Shown here in pieces: positions 38,856 to 51,351 of a stretch of DNA of 64,000 nt (the stretch's first letter is position 1; each line of letters begins with the position of its first letter). The stretch is from Octopus sinensis (lineage: Eukaryota): NCBI RefSeq assembly GCF_006345805.1, contig NC_042999.1, forward strand, positions 88,660,001 to 88,724,000. Reading direction: 5' to 3'. The notes beneath the pieces are model-generated. The model had not been told where the DNA came from. It ran no database searches and saw only the letters and a program-made list of their open reading frames with translations. The position numbers and the translations under genes are program-made.

Positions 38856-39960
38856 GAATGTGTGTGTGTGTGTGTACGTATCAGTTTAATTTACATAATT
38901 ACATAAGAGCTACTAATAGTTTCATGCCTTACAATACATTAAATATGCCACGCATCTCCAAACAATCTTTTAAGCTCAATTCATACATTAGATGTATTTA
39001 AAGACCAGGAAACTGAACTGAGAGAAAACGAAAAACACGCATGCCAAGAAGGTTGATGCAAAATGTAGAACTGAGCCTGAAAGACTGCTTGGAGATGCAT
39101 GGTATGTTTTATAAATTTACCAAATTAGTGTATAATAAAGCATGAAATTTACAGTAGCTGCATTTGTGTATATTAAATTGATGTTTATCTCTCACTGGAT
39201 GGAGTATTTTTTTCTTTTTTTATCGTACCTATATTGGACCCATGTTGTGTATGTATGTATGTATGTATGTATGTATGTATGTGTATGTGTGTGTGTGTGT
39301 GTGTGTATGTATGCATCTATGTATGTATAAGCTTGAGTGTGTGTTTGTCCACCACCACTTGACAATCAGTATTGCTTTATTTACATATCTGTAACTTAGC
39401 AGTTTGGCAAAAGAGACCGACTGAATAAGTACTAGGATCAGTTTGTTCAACTAAACTCTGCAAAGCAGTGCTCCAGCAAGGTTGCATTCCAATGCTTTTA
39501 ATTAAACATTTAACTAAACTGAGGTAAAATATAGAAATACATATTCATTGGTACAGAGAAAGCAAATTTTTAGAAAGTTAAACAATTGTGATGCAAGATT
39601 TACCTGATAAATAATAGCTGCTGCTCAAAACATTTTAAAAGCTAAAATAAAATCAATTATTTGAAGAAAACTAAATATATTAGTGAATAACTTACATTAT
39701 TTTTTTATTGGCAAATAAGGTAGATAAATATATCAGAGACAAGGCATTGATTAATATTTATAATCTTGCTGAATTTGCAGCAAAAGTTGGCCGTGGTTGT
39801 AACTTGTTCTATTTTTAAATGTTTTAGCCAAAACCAGCTGAAGAAATTTGGCTGCAATTTGAACTTAGAAATCTTTTGTTAAAATATATTATCTTGCTGA
39901 TTCTATTTTCCCTTTCCCTTTCTCCATCCATCTATCTATCTATCTATATATCTATTTATC

Positions 39961-40047
<87 letters not shown>

Positions 40048-40625
40048 TATATACATATATATATATACATAAACACATATATATATATATATTTATATAT
40101 AACACATACACATATATATACATAAACACTATATATATATATATTTATATATATACACATACACATATATATACATAAACACATATATATATATATATTT
40201 ATATATATACACATACACATATATAATATACATAAACACATATATATATTTATATATATACACATACACATATATAATATACATAAACACATATATATAT
40301 ATATTTATATATACACATACACATATATATACATAAACACATATATATATATATTTATATATATACACATACACATATATATACATAAACACATATATAT
40401 ATATATTTATATATATACACATACACATATATAATATACATAAACACATATATATATTTATATATATACACATACACATATATAATATACATAAACACAT
40501 ATATATATATTTATATATATACACATACACATATATAATATACATAAACACATATATATATATATATATTTATATATATACACATACACATATATATACA
40601 CAAACACACACACACACATATATAT
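39961..40625. repeat. (TA)n-derived ~50-bp minisatellite
   Basis: About ten units containing ACATAAACAC(AT)nTTTATATATATACACATACAC. Confidence 0.92.
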
Positions 40626-41181
40626 ATATAACTCTGTGTGTGTGTGTGTACATTTTTCCTTCGGCTGCAATAATACTTCTTTTTCTCGGGCAAATTCACT
40701 CTATGATTTATTAGTTTTCCCTAAGCTCATATAAAGTGATTATTACTGAATAAGTTTAGCCAATCAAGTCAAGCAGAACGGATATGATAGTTTTCGTATT
40801 TGGGTAGTACTCTCAAATTGAATTCCAGCATTGAAATCATTGTAAATTCATCATTCCTCTGGCCAAATTTTATTTTACTGTCTATGTCTCCTCCAAAGTT
40901 TCTGCTCCAGCAACCAACAGCTGCACCTCCTGGTCTACATCCAAACAGTTCACTTATTGCTTCCTTAAAGTTTATTACCTTATTCTCTTCTTCAAAGAAT
41001 ACTTGTAATATTTCGTTTATTCTCAGTGACTTCAGGACTAAAATAACTTCTGAATTCTACAATTGTTCTTAAAACTGTCATCTGCTTGCTGTCAAAATAT
41101 ATTCTTAATCAACATAAATCTGAATAAAAATACTTTCCTAGTTGTGGTATTGGCTACTTACTATAAAATATAGTTTACTTT

Positions 41182-41216
<35 letters not shown>

Positions 41217-41629
41217 TTCACACCCATGTGTGTGTGCATGTGTATGCATGTAAGTGTGCATATTGATGTGCATGTGTATGCATGTAAGTGTGCATATTTA
41301 TGTGCATGAGTGTGTGTGTGGTGTGTGTGTGTGATTTTCAACAATAACTATGTTTGTACATTTTTTAACATAAAATACTATGTGTTTTTTACTTTAATTT
41401 TACAGCAAAGAATGTTTCTGTTCCAATTTAAATGTTCTTTATTTCTTTAATAACATAGAAATCTGGAATGATGATTTCATTTACAATGACGGAATAATTC
41501 CTAAAATTTTTCCGATAATTAACCTCATCTTCAGTGATGAATCATATTTTTATTATTTACATCTACATTACTACATTCTAATCAATTTGTTCCCCACCCA
41601 ACATCTGACACCTTATTTTTATATCAGTC

Positions 41630-42770
<1,141 letters not shown>

Positions 42771-42839
42771 AATACATGTATTGTGACCTCATTTACAGAC
42801 ATTGCTGAGACATCAGTTCACAAATTCATTGATACACAC

Positions 42840-42886
<47 letters not shown>

Positions 42887-42921
42887 CTTTATGATTATTA
42901 AGGCTTCAAAAATATCACAAA

Positions 42922-42965
42922 AAACTGCTACTCAGAGTTTCACATTCCCGTTCATCAGACAGCTT
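42922..42965 (-). ncRNA. Minimal type I hammerhead candidate
   Basis: AAGCUGU-CUGAUGA-ACG(GGAA)UGU-GAAACU(CUG)AGUA-GCAGUUU; all core nucleotides present and three stems formable. Confidence 0.65.
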
Positions 42966-43991
42966 AGATTGAGAATGGAAAAAAATAAAGTTTATATGCA
43001 TAAGGTATACAATTTACATTGACAGACACACGTTTGAAATTGGTTTCTTTTCATTGGTCCTTTCAACTAACAGTTTTTTCCTACTCAATGATGACAGGCT
43101 TAAAATCATATCATGTGAAATTGAAGAAAGCCTTAAATCAAAAATCAAAATTTCAAAGATGAAAAACAAATATACAAAGAGGAAAAACAAATATACTCAG
43201 AATAATTTAATTACTGGTAAAGTAAGTTTAATTAAAAAATGTATGTGAGTTTGTTTATAATAATATTCACTTACATAAATCAAACGGCCTAAAAATAAAT
43301 ACACTGTATTTATACATATACACACTAAATAACATAAACATACATATGTACACTAAACATACAAACTCTAACACATGCATACACATATATATAAACATAC
43401 ACAGGCAAAATCTAAATATGAATATATATACTAATGTATATATTTAGGTATCTACAAACACATATATATGTACACATCATATGTCTTCATGTGCATGTTG
43501 TGAAAACACAACTTTATTGCTACATGTTACAAAAAAAAATACGAATAAGAGGTGGTGGTTGAAAGAAAAAGAAGTGGTAGAAAGGAGGAAAAAGAAAGAG
43601 AGAGAGAAAAATAAAGATCGAGAAGATAGAAAAAGAGAGAGAAGATAACGTCATTCACTAAGTACCTGCAGTATTCAAGTACTATTTTTTCCTACCTTGT
43701 TTCATATTTATGGTCTTACTTTGGTATACACACACACAAGTATATAAATATATATATATATATACATAATTAATCAATATAGGGTGGCAAAAAATTTTGT
43801 AGAATTTTTTTGCCACCAGCGGCCTAGTGGGAAAAAATTAAATAGTCATAGACCATTTTTAAGTTCAACATCACAATCAAGGAACGGCCATAATAGGCCA
43901 TTCACCCACTAGAAATAACAGCCAAAGCTTCAACTGCAAATAAACATCAATTCCGTAAACCAGGAGAAAATTAAAAAACATTTACCCTGTA

Positions 43992-44098
43992 ATTTCTTAT
44001 ACGATGCACCGTTTCATCTACTGTTTAATGGTAAACTAACCTGATTAAATTAAATCAAGCCAATCTTCCATAGGCCCTTAGAATCATCAGTAAGAAAT
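43992..44098 (-). ncRNA. Type I hammerhead ribozyme (mirror copy)
   Basis: Exact reverse complement of 44597-44703. Confidence 0.8.
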
Positions 44099-44596
44099 AG
44101 CCAAGTCGGAACAGATATTTTCACGAGGCATTTCCGACCCTGCCTCGGCAATATCTGACCTAACATTTTCAAATCATCGCACTCGCGCCAAATTTATCGG
44201 CAGCAAATAAATATAAGCCGCCGATTCCATTACGGAATTAACCAGAAAATTCATAATTAATCAATATAGGGTGGCAAAAAATTTTGTAGAATTTTTTTGC
44301 CACCAGCGGCCTAGTGGGAAAAAATTAAATAGTCATAGACCATTTTTAAGTTCAACATCACAATCAAGGATTTTTTCCCACTAGGCCGCTGGTGGCAAAA
44401 AAATTCTACAAAATTTTTTGCCACCCTATATTGATTAATTATGAATTTTCTGGTTAATTCCGTAATGGGATCGGCGGCTTATATTTATTTGCTGCCGATA
44501 AATTTGGCGCGAGTGCGATGATTTGAAAATTTTAGGTCAGATATTGCCGAGGCAGGGTCGGAAATGCCTCGTGAAAATATCTGTTCCGACTTGGCT

Positions 44597-44703
44597 ATTT
44601 CTTACTGATGATTCTAAGGGCCTATGGAAGATTGGCTTGATTTAATTTAATCAGGTTAGTTTACCATTAAACAGTAGATGAAACGGTGCATCGTATAAGA
44701 AAT
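44597..44703 (+). ncRNA. Type I hammerhead ribozyme, complete core
   Basis: 8-bp stem I AUUUCUUA/UAAGAAAU, CUGAUGA 44605-11, extended stem II, GAAA 44680-83, stem III ACGG(UGCA)UCGU, predicted cleavage after GUA at 44695. Confidence 0.82.
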
Positions 44704-44842
44704 TACAGGGTAAATGTTTTTTAATTTTCTCCTGGTTTACGGAATTGATGTTTATTTGCGGTTGAAGCTTTGGCTGTTATTTCTAGTGGGTGAATGGCCT
44801 ATTATGGCCGTTCCTTGATTGTGATATATATATATACATATA

Positions 44843-44903
44843 TAGTTGAAATTGGCAGAAAATAAAAGACGAAGACAGGTATATATATATATATTATATA
44901 TAT

Positions 44904-44937
<34 letters not shown>

Positions 44938-44975
44938 GTTGAAATTTACAGAAAAATAAAAGACGAAGACAGGTG

Positions 44976-45031
<56 letters not shown>

Positions 45032-45190
45032 GAAATTTATAGAAAAACAAAAGACGAAGATAGGTGTATGAACAATAAGCAGATGTATTAGCTTGACACT
45101 TGGGAAAATGAAAAAGTCTTTTATGTTTCGAGTCTACGCTCTTCAACAGAAAGGAATAAGAGAAAATAAACAGAGACAGAATAAAAAACA
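44843..45190 (-). mobile_element. Penelope-like repeat fragment with a triplicated end and a variant HHR motif
   Basis: Three copies of AGTTGAAATT..AAAGACGAAGA.AGGT separated by (TA)n; related to 47250-47400. Confidence 0.65.
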
Positions 45191-45825
45191 CCTGTAGATT
45201 TAGTGGTTAAGCATATATATGAACTTTAGGTTACTTAATATATATATATGCACTTGAGGTTAGTTAAAATATGATTGTGACATATTTTAACTTTTAAAGG
45301 AAAATTCACTGCAGATACCATAGAGGAAAAAATTTTCTCTTATGGTAAATGGTGTAAAAGTTCCATATTTCCCAGAGATTCCTCTTATCAGATTCCCAGA
45401 TGGCCGTTTCTAACTCTTTAGCCTTCCTCAATGAGAAATACCAAAGAGAGATAACCTGAGCAGATTGAAGTTGTAACTTTTACTAATAAACAGTTTACAT
45501 CAGTGACTGAGTTGTGCTATATGACTACCTGGACCAGATAAATATAACAGCATCAGCAGTGAGCAGAGATTAGGAATAAATGACCTTTAGAAATTAAAAT
45601 ATTTTAATGTCTGATCTTTTGTGTCTTATCTCTATACTGGGAGATTAAGGAGAATAATCTGACCTCTGAAATCTTTGGTGATCATGAAAAGGTCAATTGT
45701 TTGTTTAGATTTGAGCTGCTTCCTGGCCAAACCCTAAATAGCAAAATGAAGAGTTCATTTCTCTGTCTTCAGGTTTTCAGCTGGTTAACTGAGAGCATCT
45801 TTTGGCCAAATGGAAAGGGACTATG

Positions 45826-45917
<92 letters not shown>

Positions 45918-47163
45918 CAGAGGTTGAACAAAATAATGGAAACACCTAGCATCATAGCATCATAGTTTTGAAATATCTATAAAATCATCAAAAGCTTTTT
46001 TTTTAATTTATTATTAGTGTTGCTTAATATGTTTTGCTAAAATTTCTGTTTCTTTTCAGATATTATTAGAAAAAGGTAATTAAAATTCATTAAAATCACA
46101 GATCTATTGAACTTTTAAAGAGGTCAAATTGTTGCTGCTTGTATGGCAGGTGCTAGCGTAATAAAAACAGCCGAAATGTATGGTGTATCAAGAAGTACTG
46201 TCTCAAAGGTAATGACACCCTTTAAGAAAGAGCGGAAAATTTCCTCGTTGAAACAAAACTCTGGGAGAAAACCAAAACTTTCAGATAGGGACCGTTGGAC
46301 TCTTACGTGAATTGTTAGAAAGGATCAGAAAAGAACAGCTCCCAAAATTACTGCAGAGCTTAATGACCACCTCAAGAACCCAGTTTCTACAAAAACTGTT
46401 CGCCAGGAGCTGCACAAAGCCAGATTTCATGGGAAAGCTGCAATCAGAAAACCACTACTTTCAAAAACAAACGTTGCAAAGCATTTAGAGTGGAGTAAAA
46501 AACCTACAAAATTAGTCCCTAGAGCAGCGGAAGAATGTTCTTTTCTTGAAAAAGTCATCCTTTACCTTATTTTTGACTACTGGCTGAGTATACATGTGGA
46601 GACAGCCAAAAGAAGCATTCTTCCTTCTTCCAACTGTTAAGCTGGAGGAGGATCTGTGATGATCTGGAGGAAGGGTCTATATCTAGGAAATCCACCAGCC
46701 CAATGGTTTTCCTTTATGGCAGAATTAATACACAAGATTATTTAAGCATTTTATCTGATCAAATTCATCCTATGGTTGTGGAACTGTTTCCAGAGGGAAA
46801 CACAATCTTTCAGCATGATAATGCACCAATTTGCACAGCTAAAGTTGTTACTGACTGGTACAAGGAAGATTCTATTGAAGTTGAACATCTTATCTGGTCA
46901 CCACAGTCCCCAGATCACAATATTATTGAACCTTTATGATGCATTTTAGAAAAACAAGTAAGGAGTTAATATCCTCCGTCATCATCACTACAAGAACTGG
47001 AGATTGTTTTAGCTGAAGAATGGACAAAAATTCCTTCAGAAAAAATTCAAATTTTGTACAAGACCATACCTCGTAGAATTCAAGCTGTAATTACTGCAAA
47101 AGGCAGTCCTACTCCATATTAAAATAAATTTGTTTGAAATTTTAAGGCATTTCCAACCCCTTT
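45918..47163 (+). mobile_element. Tc1-like DNA transposon, degenerate
   Basis: TA|CAGAGGTTGAACAAAATAATGGAAACACCT left TIR; partly deleted right TIR AAGGCATTTCCAACCCC. Confidence 0.9.
46095..47122 (+). pseudogene. Tc1 transposase pseudogene
   Basis: RGQIV, GVSRSTVSKV, SGRKPKLSDRD, VSTKTVRQELH, RKPLL, FQHDNAP, WSPQSPDHNIIEPL; contains stops and frameshifts. Confidence 0.92.
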
Positions 47164-47249
47164 ATATATTATTTCTCCTTCTTTCTAGCTCTCCTGTCTA
47201 ACTACAATTGAACATCCAGTTACCATGATTAACTGCTAACTCAAAATTT

Positions 47250-47400
47250 TTTTTTATTCTCTCCCTGTTTATTTCCTCGTGCTCCTTTCTGTGGAAGAGT
47301 TTAGGCTCGAAATGTAAAAGACTTTCTCACCTTCCAAAGCATCAAACTAATACACCTGCTTGTTGTTTATGCACCTGTTTTCATTATTTATCTTTTAATT
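47250..47400 (+). mobile_element. Penelope-like repeat fragment with a variant HHR motif
   Basis: CTTT-CTGTGGA-A-GAGT(TTAG)GCTC-GAAAT-GTA-AAAG at 47285-47320. Confidence 0.55.
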
Positions 47401-47550
47401 TTTACTTCAGTCATTAAACTGTCACCATGCTGGAGCACCACCTTGAAGGATTTTTAATCAAATGAATCAACCCCAGCATATTCTTTTTAAACTTGGTAAT
47501 CATTTTATAAGTTTCGTTTGATAAACCATTAAGTTACAGGGACGTAAACA

Positions 47551-47930
47551 TAGGTGCAGCATGGTTGTGTGGTAAGAAGCTTGCTTCTCAGCCACATGGT
47601 TCCAGGTTCAGTTCCACTGTGTGGCACTTTGGGCAAGTGTCTTCTACTATAGACTCAGGCTGACCAAAGCCTTATGAGTGGATGTGGCAGATGGAAACTG
47701 AAAGAAGCCTGTCGTATATATGTATATATTTGTGTGTGTGTGTCTGTGCTTGTCCTGCTACCATTGCTTGACAACCAATTTTGATGTGTTTATGTCCCCG
47801 TAACTTAGTGGTTAGTCAAAAGACACTGATAAAATAAGTGCTAGGCTTACAAAGAATGGGATCGATTTGTTTGACTAAAGACAGTGTTCCAGCATAGCCA
47901 CAGTCATATGGCTGAAACAAGTAAAAGAAT
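47551..47930 (+). mobile_element. SINE family B, near full length
   Basis: tRNA-like head, TTGGGCAAGTGTCTT motif, internal microsatellite, canonical tail. Confidence 0.87.
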
Positions 47931-48109
47931 AAAAAAATACACCAAAACCAGTTATCAACTGCTGGTGGAGGACAAATACAGATACGGGGGGATACACACA
48001 TACACATATACAAAAATATATATATACACACATACATATATTGGCTACCCCCACCTAAGAAAAATGGGGAATAGGCCTGGGTGTATATATATATGTATAT
48101 ATACATATA

Positions 48110-48135
48110 TAGATGAAAACTGAAAGAAGTCAGTC

Positions 48136-48181
<46 letters not shown>

Positions 48182-48221
48182 TCACACACACACATGACTG
48201 ACTTCTTTCAGTTTTCATCTA
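48110..48221. repeat. Local fold-back of a SINE B fragment around (TA)n
   Basis: TAGATGAAAACTGAAAGAAGTCAGTC / GACTGACTTCTTTCAGTTTTCATCTA are perfect inverted arms. Confidence 0.88.
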
Positions 48222-48354
48222 CTAAATCCACTCACAAAACTCTGATCAGCTCAAGGTTATAATAGAAGAAGATTAATGCAGTGGGACTGAGCCCAGAATT
48301 ATTTGGTTGGGAAGCATGATTTTTACCACACAATAAATTTATATGTGTGTATAC

Positions 48355-48544
48355 TACAGTTCTATATTTAAGAGATGAGGAATTATATACATTATTTAAA
48401 TTATTTACATTTGACGAATATTTGTCCTCATCTTTGTTGTTAACACTTTTCAGCTGATATACCCTACAGCCTTCATCAGGTGTCTTGGGGAAATTTTGAA
48501 CCTGGGTTCTCATTCCTAAGGTACTTTTCGATGTTATTATTATG

Positions 48545-48590
<46 letters not shown>

Positions 48591-48680
48591 TATTATATTA
48601 TTATTATTATTCAGGTCACTGCCTGGAATTGAACTCAAAATCTTGGGGTTAGTAGCCCACTCTGTTAACCATTACATCAT
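48355..48680 (-). mobile_element. tRNA-headed element with (AAT)n and a hammerhead relic
   Basis: TGTAATGGTTAAC and GAGTTCAATTCC boxes, (AAT)n, then GACAC-CTGATGA-A-GGCTG..CAGCT-GAAA-A-GTGTT. Confidence 0.65.
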
Positions 48681-48912
48681 ATACATGTTAATATCGAACA
48701 ATAAGAGTGAGTGCTCAACACTGTATTTGTGGATAGAAATATTTTATTCATGGGTTAAGGCTACCATTGTTTTTATGCTAGTGGAAGTCCCTCAACAATT
48801 ATCAAGCATATCACATGGAGATGAATACCAATGTTCCATGTCATAGGCTTGACAATTGTTGAGGAACTTCCCTTAAAGTGAAACCTATAGTAGTCTTAGC
48901 CCATAAATAATG

Positions 48913-48953
<41 letters not shown>

Positions 48954-48954
48954 T

Positions 48955-49325
48955 ATATAAAATCCATTCTATCTGTCTATGTGTCTTCTAGGATCTCGGG
49001 CATCCTCCATCCGATTGCGCTCAAATTTGATACGTAGATACCGATGGTATCAGGGCGTGTATAAGTCTTGAAAAAATTACAAAAATCGATTCCACGTGAG
49101 AATGCAATCGATAGAGCATAATTGTGGGAATAGAATTGTTTTCCTTTGGAATAGAAAAAAGTTTATCTTTATTTCTTCTTTTGCTGGTGTCTCAAATTTA
49201 GGTTAAATCAGTGTTTCTCAAAGAGGAGGCCTATGGAACAGTCAGACATGTTGTTTTGAGAAAATTTGGTTTAAATGTTTGACAACTTAGCACTGTCCAT
49301 TGGACAGTGGGGGGCGTTTTGCTCA
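48955..49325 (+). mobile_element. Possible non-autonomous Helitron/HINE-like element
   Basis: TATAAAA..TCTGTCT start, CCGATTGCGCTCAAATTTG motif, subterminal 9-bp hairpin CACTGTCCA-T-TGGACAGTG; no clean CTRR end. Confidence 0.4.
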
Positions 49326-49422
49326 TATATATATATTTTTTTTTTTTCATTTTTTCATTTTCATTTTCATCTAGTTTCAGCTCACGAGCTGTGGCCATGC
49401 TGAGGCATTAAAAATGAAGGGA

Positions 49423-49494
49423 TGCATCAGCCGGGAGTCGAACCCAGATCGACTGCTTGGAAGGCAATCATGCTAACCGTTACACCACCAACGC
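49423..49494 (-). tRNA. tRNA-Gly (anticodon TCC)
   Basis: 72-nt cloverleaf GCGTTGG..CTTCCAA..GTTCGACT..CTGATGCA; all stems pair (several G-U); T5 run 9 nt downstream (49410-14). Confidence 0.8.
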
Positions 49495-49514
49495 TTCACA
49501 TATATAACTCAGCT

Positions 49515-49880
49515 CAACTCAACTCCATTGGTCATGAATGACCATGGGTGAACCTAAGAAGTTCCCTTCCAGGGTACATATCTGGATGGAAAGTTGCCTC
49601 ACCAACGAACACAACCTAGGGTTGTTTTTATGGAAGATCAGTAGTCGCCCATGCATACCAGCCTCCCCTTTCTACTCTGCTGATGTTATCCAAGGGAAAG
49701 GCAAAGGCCAATGCAGCTTGGCATCAGTAATGTCATAACTCATTCCTACAGCTGAGTGAACGGGAGCAATGTGAAATAAAGTGTCTTGCTCAAGAACACA
49801 ATATGCAGCATGGTCCGGGACTCAAACTCACAACTTCACGATCATAAGCTCAACACTCTAACCACTGAACCATGCACCTT
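49515..49880 (-). mobile_element. SINE family C
   Basis: Reverse-strand match to 35105-35430. Confidence 0.8.
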
Positions 49881-49892
49881 CACTATATATAT

Positions 49893-49946
<54 letters not shown>

Positions 49947-50730
49947 TCACATATATGCATATGTATATACACATACTGTGTGCTTCGTCTGGCATTTAGT
50001 AAAATAGATTTTTGTCTTTTGATTTTGCATCCTGTCAAAGTCAACTTCACCTTTTAGCCTCCCACGAAAGGGTATGATGAAATACCAGCTGAGTACCGAA
50101 GTCAAATCTAATCAATGCACACACACACACACACATATATATACATACATATATATACATTTATCCTCGCAAGATTAAAGACTTATACTTCTGTCAGAAG
50201 TTGTTACTTTAATGTTCATTTTCTATATTAAATATTAAATAAGTATCTTCAACATTGGTGGAGGAATATCAATACTAAGATTACAACATGATAAAAAATA
50301 GTATTAGAAGTAATTTAAATTCCATACCAACTCCAGACAATATGATTAATCATTATCATCATCATCATCATCATTATTTAACACCTGGCTTTCATGCAGG
50401 CATGGCATGAACAGTTTGACAGGATCTGACATGAAAATATAGATCATCATGATGCGTATGTTAATGATGATGATGATGATGACGAGGAGGCAGAGGAGGA
50501 GAAAATGAAAGGAGAGGAGAAAGAAAAAAGAAGGTAAATAATAGTAAATAAAATAAATGTATGACTAAAAATGAGAGAGAATAAAAGTATAAGTTAATAT
50601 TTTACTTACACTTCAGTATTGACTGTTGGTATTTTAGGTTTCAAAACAGCTTTGCAAGTTGTTGATTAGTTTTATGCAAATCAGCTGCTGAAGCTAAATA
50701 AGGAGGTGTCCTGTAGCAACAACAGTAGCC

Positions 50731-50791
<61 letters not shown>

Positions 50792-51351
50792 TGGTCTGAG
50801 TTTTATTTTTCTATTGAATAACTTACTCCTTATTTAATACTTCATATATCATAGGACACAAATGTATTTTTTCTGGCTGTTAGTTTTCAAGTTTATTTGC
50901 TTTAGGCTAAGTAAGTACTGGTCCTTGATTATTCAGTAATGATTTTAAATATCTAACTAAAAAAAAATGGACTTGCTAATATTTGAAAGTCTCATTGCTT
51001 CAGTAAGCATCCACTTTCCATGCTGGCATAGGTTAGATGGTTTGACTGGAACTGGTAAACCAGAGGGCCTCACCAGGTTCCAGTCTTATTTGATATGGTT
51101 TCTATGACTGGATGCCCTTCCTAACACTAACTACTCCAAGAGTGTAATGAGTGCTTTTTACATGTCATTTACATGACACTAGCAATGATTATGACTGATT
51201 TCACTTGACTTGAGAAGCCTTCTCAAGCACAGCATATTGCCCAAGGTCTTGGTCAATTTTCATCACTTCCGCAAGGCCTAACATTAAAAAAATCATGCAA
51301 CTGGTAACAACCATGATTACAGTTTCATGGGTGCCATTCACATGAGGTCGA

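Larger units (their letters stand above)
43765..44825. mobile_element. Young HHR-bearing fold-back element with a 487-bp period (retrozyme-like / Penelope-dependent)
   Basis: 119-bp direct repeat 43765-43883 = 44252-44370; 456-bp inverted arms 43870-44325 / 44370-44825 with no indels; inserted in (TA)n. Confidence 0.9.

Noticed and set aside
41470-41545. Imperfect palindrome with CTGAAGA on the minus strand
   Set aside because: GAAA does not follow a formable stem II; too degenerate to call.
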